Shown: positions 55,912 through 64,000 of the stretch, piece by piece
Layout: each line of letters begins with the position of its first letter
How positions within the stretch are numbered: position 1 is the stretch's first letter
Assembly (NCBI GenBank): GCA_965287045.1
Contig: OZ336891.1
Location: forward strand, 21,018,001 to 21,082,000
DNA length: 64,000 bases
Direction: 5' to 3'
Origin: Carcharhinus amblyrhynchos
Taxonomy: Eukaryota
Notes under the pieces: generated by a model
What the model was told of the DNA's origin: nothing
What the model saw: only the letters and a program-made list of their open reading frames with translations
Databases searched by the model: none
Translations under genes and position numbers: made by a program

Positions 55912-58900
55912 AAACCCCAGGGTGGCTTTAGATCAACTTTACTACATTTCTTCCCATTTATACACATGCAGCATAAATTTGCACAAATCGGTACTCAAAA
56001 CTTACATGAACACTGCATCATTTTTTATCTCAAATTTGAAGAAAAAACACTCTTGCTTTGAGAAATTCCATCATTACATTACTATAACATTGTGCTCTGA
56101 AGCATTATTAACTCAGTGATCCAGAACATTTCATGGATCAAATAACTAAAAAGATTTGATTTTGCCTAGTGTGATCTAGACATGCATTTTTTTGAAGTTC
56201 TGCAGTATACAGGCTTTTTTTTAAACCTCTGGCACAAAGTGGGTATAGGTGATTTTTCATCCATTAATCTATAAACCTTGAACTTGAAAACTAATCCACA
56301 GAGTTCAACGAAACCTGGTGCACAGATAGTGGATGGCCCAAGGAAGAGAGTTGATTAGTTTTTGGCAAAAAGTGCGGATGCGAATCCTGGAACTTTTGTT
56401 AAAGAATTTGTTAACATTGTGAGATAGGGCAAATTGTTTCTTTTTAAATAAAAGAATGCTGTGAATTGGTTTTGAATTGGATTGGTCTCAGCTACAATAG
56501 TGGAATTTGTCACAGCTGTCAAAATGTGAGCAGAGTTTTCAGACCAGATTGTTGGAAATGCGCTGGCCTGAAGGTGGAAGCATTGAATATAAAGTTGTCT
56601 TTAGTTACAGCATCAACCAGGCAAAGAATAACCTCAAGAAGAACTCTAACTGTAATAAATCCAAGCTAACATAGCATAGATGAGTTGAGTTATCTGCTCT
56701 ATTGAGAGCCTGCTTCACTTCTTTGATTATATTTTCACCTCCTTTCCGGAAGGTAGAGGGTCATGCTAGGGTACAAAACAACACATTTTAAAATGAAAGT
56801 TAAACACAGAATACTAACGGGCTTTCCAAAACCCTGGAAAATGAGACTGAAGAGCAGGACTAGGTCATTCAGCTCTTCAAGCCACCTCTGCCATTTACTA
56901 AGATCATGGTTGATCTAAGTGGAAGAGAGTTGCATCCAAGTCCTAACTTTTTTTCAGTTAATACAATGGATTTTTATAGCAACAGCAAATGATATCTGAA
57001 GCAGGTATACTAGCAAAATACTCCTCTAATTTAAATAATCCCTTTGTCAGTGATGGTAACAAAAGACCAGTCAAATTTGAGACTTGTGATTAATGTTGTA
57101 CCAGACAGCTTAATTTACAGAGAATATGGAGTGCCCAGTCACAAAAGTCGATGATCTGATCTAAGCCCTTAATGCAGAATTAATCCTACACAGCAGATGA
57201 GGTTTGATTGATACATGCAAGATATTTTTGAATATCAGAAAAAGAACCAACTTGATGTGTATCGAATCTAGCAAAAAGTTAAAAATTTGCACCACGGACT
57301 CAATTTGAGAATTCATTGTTCTTTTTACCTTTCAGTTCTGAACTTCAGTTTGCCTAAGAAACTAACGAACGTGTGAGAGTATGGATTGCAGAGGTCAAGG
57401 CATGGATTTACTTTTACTTAAAAACAATCTTTGTCTGGGTGGGGTTTTTAAAAACGACAAACACCTAACCCCTTTTCATTTTAAGCTCAAGCCGACCAAA
57501 CTAGTTTCTTTACAGTCAGCACCTAAATGGTTAAGCACAGTGAGTGAATACCACCTTTCTTCCATATTCATAAAAATCCAGTTACAGTCAGACTTTTAAC
57601 AGGAGTAATTTGCATCACTCACATGACCATTTTTAAAAAAATTTCAACTTATCTGGATATTTCACTGTGGCAAATTGAGGGAAGTTAATTTCTAGACTTA
57701 AATTTGTTGATGCAAACAAAATGATATTTTAAAATATTTAAAAAGGCTTTGTCATCACCTAAATTCCTGTTCACTGCTGTAATTAGTCATCCACTCAGTG
57801 CTCATGACCTCCAGCTCCAAATGATTCAAATTCCAATAAGTAAATATTGATCCACCACATGACACCCCTCCACCAAAATGAAAGTCTTCAAGGCGACTTT
57901 GTCCTAATCATGTTAAGCACACTGCTCCCACTTCAGACAAAATGTCTACATGATGCTGAGAACACAAACTGTATGTTTTCATCCAATGTTTTGTGCAACA
58001 AATGTGGGAGCATATTAAATCAATATCCAGTAATGCAAATCATAATCCGCCAACAATTCAGCATCCTCTTTTCTGGTGCAGAAAAAGAAAACAATATTAA
58101 AGACAGACGACTTGCATCTGGATAGAGACGATCTATACTAAACGCCCGACTATCCCCACCCCCACCCGAAATAAATTAACAAGACTGCTGCAACACAGCT
58201 AAAAATAAATGCAATACACTGAACCAACAAAATACCAATAACCAGGGAACCAGAACAAACTGATCAATGAATGTAATAGAATCAACTGGCTAAAATAGCA
58301 ATGTATGCATATCAAGGCTGCAATCTCCCCTCCCAGGGAATAAATCCAATAAACGCAAGCTCATGTTGCCTTTTCCAAACAAGCGTACAAAGGCTTAGCA
58401 GTTTTGCTCACCTGCTTGCATCTACTAAGTCAGTGCTTACATGCAAACATGAACACTTCACTTCATCAAAACACTGCTTTCTCCACTGTATACCTGATCT
58501 GAATATCAATTCTCTGGTATTTGCTTTAATAAAACAGTTTTCAGACCTATTATGGTCAACTGCTGCTGTATAAACCAATACTCATGTTACTTCATATTTC
58601 CCATAAATCACAATCTAGTTTTTAGAATTATTTAAAAGAAATAAATTCTGACAATTAAAAAAATTGTTTCAATAATATGATTTGAAAACAAGCTGTAGGA
58701 AAGCCTCAACTTAACATTCTTAAACGGTTAACTCACATACAATTTACAATACCTGCATGAAGCTCTGATACCCATTGACGATGGCAGCCCTGAAGTCAGA
58801 TCACAGATTCTCTGTAAAGCCATCGACAAATATTTCTGCTGCCTCTGCCAGGGAGCACTGCAGGCAGTGATCAGCTTTCCAGCTGCCAGTCTTCCAAAAG

Positions 58901-59007
58901 CACAAGCAGCAAATACTCCACCACCTAGCTGCAGAAAGACTATACTGCATTGCAGGTGAGCACCCTCAAAGTTTAATAACCAACCATTTTACTTAAAAAA
59001 AAATGTA

Positions 59008-59340
59008 AAATCCCTATCGTGCAGAAAAAAAGCCATTCAGCCAATTGAGGCTGTACTGATTCTCTAACAGAGCATCTTACACAGGTCCCCCTCTAGCCCA
59101 TCCCAGTAACCTGAGCATTTACCATGGTCAATCCACTAATCTACACATCTTTGGACACTATCGAGCAATTTAGCATGGCCATTCCACCAAATCTGCACAT
59201 TTGTGGACTGTCTGGGAAACCAGAGCACCCGGAAAAAACTCTCAGACACAAGGGCAAACTTCACAGTCACCCAAAGCCGGAATCCAATCTAGGTCCCTGT
59301 CACTGTGAAGCAGCAATGCTAACCGCTGTGCCATAATGCT
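59008..59340 (-). mobile_element. HE1-like V-SINE
   Basis: aatccctatcgtgcag...gcaatttagcatggcc...gcagcaatgctaaccgctgtgcca. Confidence 0.85.
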
Positions 59341-59744
59341 ATCCCTTGTATTTAAAAAGGTGTATCCATTTGAAACACAAACATCATATGAATGAAGAAA
59401 TATGTTCCATCACCACATGGTCCAACAAACCCCAAAGATTATTAAAATAGCCAAGTGAAAATACCGAGTTGGCCAATGCAGTGTGTTGCACTCCTGAATT
59501 TGGGCTGATTATTTGTGTGGGGGGCGGGGGGCTTTGGTGGTGGTGGTTAGTTGTTTCCATCTTCAAACTAAGATGGAAGTTTGATGCGTACTCAAATCAA
59601 CACTGCCCCCTCACTGGGCAACCTACTTGCACACAAGCATTGTGAGCACTCTACACTAACCCTAATGCTCCAGGAAACATGTTGCAGTGCATGAGCTCAG
59701 ATCGTTCCAGGGTGAGTGCTCAAGCCTGTACGTTCATTTGTTTT

Positions 59745-59965
59745 AAAAGCAAATTACTGCAGAATCTGAAACCAAAAGACAAAATGCTGGAAAATCTCAG
59801 CAGGTCTGGCACCATCTGTAAGGAAAGATGAGAGCTAACGGTGAGTCCAGATGACCCTTCGTAGCTTTGACAAAGTCACTTGGGCTAGAAATGTCAGCTC
59901 TTTTCTCGCCTTACAGATGCTGCCAGACCTGGTGAGATTTTCCACCATTTTCTCTTTTGGTCATT
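59745..59965. mobile_element. Palindromic Penelope-derived terminal-repeat element
   Basis: Arms 59771-59823 and 59909-59961 are reverse complements with 4 mismatches in 53 nt; similar older copy at about 61120-61320. Confidence 0.75.
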
Positions 59966-60244
59966 TGTTTTGACAGCCAGAATAAGGTAGTTGGCTCTTG
60001 GCTGCACCCTTGCAAGTGCCAACCCACAGAAGGGAGTCACGAAGGCTGAGTGAACAGGCCAGGAGGAGCGGCACCTGCAGCAATGGAGGGGCTTGGGGCA
60101 GTTGAATTGCAAGAAAAAGGCAAGAGGATCACATCTTGTCATCTGCACGGTCATCCTAAACTCCTCCTCGGCAAGATTAAATAATTAATCTCATTGATCT
60201 CAAGATTAATCTCAAACCTCCAGGCACGGGATGAGCAAGCAGTG

Positions 60245-60630
60245 ATTGTGAAAGACTGCAACAGGATGCAGATGAGGGGTAAAGATGGGGCAGATGCAGT
60301 TCAATACAGAAAAATGTGAAGTGATAGATTTTGCAAGAATAGGTAAAGAAAATATAAATTCCAAAAATGTAACATGCTAAATAAGGCAGATGAATCTAAA
60401 TGTGTAAATCTATAAATTCTTATCAAAATGGATCACAAGTACACATGGTCATAAAAATAAACAAATCCTTGTTCAGGTAGTACAGAATACAAGAAAAAGG
60501 AGGTTATATTGGAGTTTTACAGGATCATAATTCAGACTGCACTTTAAATTACTGTGTGGTTTTGAGCATCCACAAATAGAAAACGATATAAATGCAATAG
60601 AAAAGGTGCATTGTGGGTTCACCAATGAAG
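60245..60630 (+). mobile_element. Very old CR1 fragment
   Basis: ggcagatgcagttcaatacagaaaaatgtgaagtgatagatttt (QMQFN.EKCEVI.F). Confidence 0.6.
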
Positions 60631-63399
60631 AACATGCAGGCAGAGTGAGGAAGAAAAACTTGAGCTTTGAAGACCTGCTTCTGACCCCCAATTTTCTATG
60701 AAATTTGCCAAGTCCAGCCTGGAGGCAAATTCAAGGCCGATGTTAGTTGAACCCAACTCATTAACTTGGCACAAGCCTGCTGCTGTTCATGGTGACCAGA
60801 ACTTGGGGCCTAGTTAGTTTCTGAATGAAAAGTCAAAAATTGGTTTTACTAACTGGCTGCATTACTTGACATTTAAATAATTTTTGTTAATTACACATTT
60901 TTAAAAGATCAATTTGTTTTGATATTGATATTTTAAAAATTGCTCAGCATATTATTTGTTTTCTTCATACCCTAACTTCATTTTTTTAAATTCTGTTCAG
61001 TATTGTGCCAAGCCAGATCTCAGACAGCTGCTGCTGAGTTTCTTGCAGAAGGGGAAGGAAGAGGTCACAAGAATGGAGTGCTTTTTGTAGGACTTGCCAA
61101 AGGGGTTATCTTTGCTCCAATAGAAATGGAAAGTGTTGGAAACATTCAGCACATCTGGCATCATCTGTGCAGAAAGAGTTCAGAGACCCTTCACCAGAAC
61201 CAGTGCAGATTGTGGACCTGAAGCACTGACCGTTTCTCTCTTCACAGATGCAGTCTAGCCCGAACATTTCTAGCATTCTTTATTTATATTTTGGATTTCT
61301 AGCCTTTCAGTACTTTGCTCTCCTATGTTCCAAGCTGGGCATTTCTTTCGAATTAAAAATCAGAAAATATTTATCTCTCAATGCAAGCCTTGCTCCTCTG
61401 TTAAGAGTGCCAATTTGTATGAATAGAAATCGCACACTATTGTAGGCAAATTCAGTGGTCCTAATTTACTGGTAGGTTTTATCATTTTTAAACTTGAAAT
61501 TGAAACCAGAGTCATGCACCAATAAAATACAACACTGTTTGCTCAAGATATTCTCAGTTGTATATGAGATTGTTTGCAGTGTTTGTAAGGTTCAAGTCTT
61601 TTGGATGTTGCTGCCCAGATATTGCACAGGGCCAGATTCAAATAGAGCTGACTATATAATATGAATGACCAAGTTGTGTGGAATTGTCTGATAAAGCCAT
61701 ATTGCTGTAACGTATATCAAACTGAAACTTGAGCTTTCAATGGGATTTATAAATAGAGGCATGAGAGCATTAAAACCAATAAGTTTTGTTAAACCTCTAT
61801 AACTCATCCCACCAGCTTTTCAGCAAACTATTAATTGCAACCAAATAAAAACTTACAAGAATTTTGTGCTGTGATTAATCACTATTATTGAACAATTAAA
61901 AGTTAAGAATCTTCTCCATCTTCCATGCACTTTTACCTGCTTAATTGCATATAAAGTACCAGGTTATCAATTTGCAGCATTCTCGCCTTTGGGATAGAAG
62001 ACAGTCTACTCAGTACAGAAAGGGCTAGATTAATATTTATAACTTTCCTTTTTATACAAAGAGCTGACTGCTCTACAGGGGGAATTAGGGGAAAGCAAGT
62101 AAAACAGGAGGGGAAATATTAGAATGAAAAATGATTTTGGCCATGTTTCTGAAAGTGAAGGGGAATAGCAAGGGGGGGGGGGTGCAAAATCTTGCTAGGG
62201 AAAGAGTTCTGTTGGTTTCAAATGTTCTCTGCCATTCTTCATTTACAAGCATAGATAGCGCAAAGTACGCAGGCTATTAGGTTTGAGAGAGAATATAGAT
62301 GACCCCTTTAAAAACAAAACACGCAGTAACTGAATAAAAAGGTCAGATGAAAAATCCCAGCCAATTTTCCCCTCAAAAACCCTGTAACTGCACTTCAACT
62401 GCCTCAAGCTAACCATGACAAATTGAGACTAGACAATTTTTCCATACAAGTAATTTTCTGGGCATTTGCCATTGATAACAGGTTTCCATTGACTGACTTG
62501 AGAACTTTTTTGGCAGGGACCTGGAAGGCTGTAATGATTTTTTATTTCTTGGTGAAGGAAAGGCAAATTCAAACATGAATTTTTTTGTGGCTTTAGAAAA
62601 AAGATGATGTGTCAACATAAAATGATGCAACCAGTTTATTTGAAAAAAAAACTCCTGTCTCAACAGATAGGCTCAAGTCCTGAAATGAAGCCAAATATAT
62701 AGTCTGACCTAGTTTTTAAGGAACTGAGTTTAGAATATTAAAGACAGTGTTAGTTATTTTAAACAAGCAATATAATAGTAAATCTGCAATAACTATATTT
62801 TGCTTAAGCAATATAGTTTATTGAAAATTCCTATTAATTCTAAACTGATCAAATGCAGTTGACTTTACAAAACTAGAAAAAGGTACAGAGTATTTAGTTT
62901 ACATAATTAAAAGAGGAGATCAAAGATCCAGATCATCAGTAATCAACATTTCAATGCTCTCATTTTAAGGAGCTTTTAATGGGCGAGTAGAGGGAAAGTA
63001 TAAATCCAAATTGAAAAATTGTTTTGCTTCCGAGGGAATTTCTCAGTGCATCATTCCAACAGTTATACTTAATGCTTCCCTTCCTGCAACACAATTACTA
63101 GAACATAAACCATGTCATCACATTAATGGAAGCGCAAGGTAAGAACAGAAATACCACAGCAATACTTGCCTTCTTTGCTCCTGCCAAAATTAGCTTACAT
63201 TGGAACATTAAATCTCAGGTCATTGTTCACTTCAAAGCTAAACTGCAAAGTCATCCATGTCAATCAGGGGCCAGAACAGAGGACTCACAAATGCTCCCGT
63301 GTGGCAACCTGCTCCTTGTCCAATGGACCACATTCACAAGAGTCAGGAGCTGTATATTCAAGCTCCATCGCACAGCACGCAATTAAGCTAACATTTTAA

Positions 63400-63660
63400 T
63401 GCATTACTGGGGAGTGCTGCTGCACTGTAGAGGTGTCATCGTTTGAAGCAGACATTAAACTGATGCCACATTAGACATGCATAATAGACCTTATTGCACT
63501 TTGAAGATCAGCACAGCAATTTTTTCCAGCGTTCCTGGCTCAAAGAAGTTTAGCGAGACTGATACTGGCTGTGTTTCTCCACTTATAACATTTTGGCTAT
63601 ATTTCAGTACTTTGGGACATTTTGAAGTCATTATGATGCTACAGAATTGCAAAGTCCTTC
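63400..63660 (+). mobile_element. SacSINE1/Deu-SINE-like fragment
   Basis: tactggggagtgctgc...actgtagaggtg...gacattaaactga...tttgaaga...tcctggc. Confidence 0.65.
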
Positions 63661-63689
63661 AGCAACTACAAATCAATAACAAAGGCAAT

Positions 63690-63965
63690 GGGAAAAACAA
63701 GTCATTTTGGTCAGGACTGATCCACCATTCAATTAGATCAAAGCTGATTTTCTACCAGAATTCCATTTTCCCACATTAGCCCCACATCCCTTGATGTCTT
63801 AAATATCGAGAAATCTATCAGTCTTGACTACCTCAGTGACTGAGCCACCACAGTCGTTGAGGGTAGAGAATTCCAAATGTTCACCATGCAAAGAAATTTC
63901 TCCTCATTCCAGGTTTAAACGGTCTCCTCTTATTTTGAGACTGTTTTCACTGGTTCTAGACAATG
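63690..63965 (-). mobile_element. CR1 3' end
   Basis: caccattcaattagatc...gggtagagaattccaaatgttcacc...gaaatttctcctcat. Confidence 0.7.
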
Positions 63966-64000
63966 TCCACTGCACCTATCCTCACCACAATCCCAGCCAG

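Noticed and set aside
55846-56119. Poly-proline ORFs
   Set aside because: Translation of a poly-C homopolymer.

Overview
Eukaryotic (vertebrate) genomic DNA, most likely a shark/elasmobranch judging from the repeat content (HE1-type V-SINEs with CR1/HER1 tails, SacSINE1/Deu-SINE-like copies, many CR1 LINEs, Penelope and Rex1/Babar relics). The main feature is an SR-protein kinase gene on the minus strand, best called SRPK1. I read 14 coding exons (equivalent to human exons 3-16) from 46535 down to the TAG at 16645-16647. They splice into one open frame of 1921 nt (one split-codon base plus 639 codons plus stop). The first two exons are not in the window. One intron (35938-37605) is a minor-spliceosome U12-type GT-AG intron. 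On the plus strand, a 46-nt exon (8425-8470) and a terminal exon starting at 8898 look like the 3' end of a convergent neighbour, probably LHFPL5 by synteny (inference). The rest is intron/intergenic sequence with layered transposon relics and a 171-nt assembly gap. Most ORFs in the supplied track are chance or TE fragments. I see no convincing wholly new biological system. The best leads are splicing-level: the U12 intron, a reconstituted 5' splice site at the last exon junction, a possible in-frame circRNA between inverted SINEs, and hammerhead-like relics in Penelope ends. Exon coordinates were counted by hand; repeat boundaries are approximate (tens of nt); family names come from motif recognition, not a database search.
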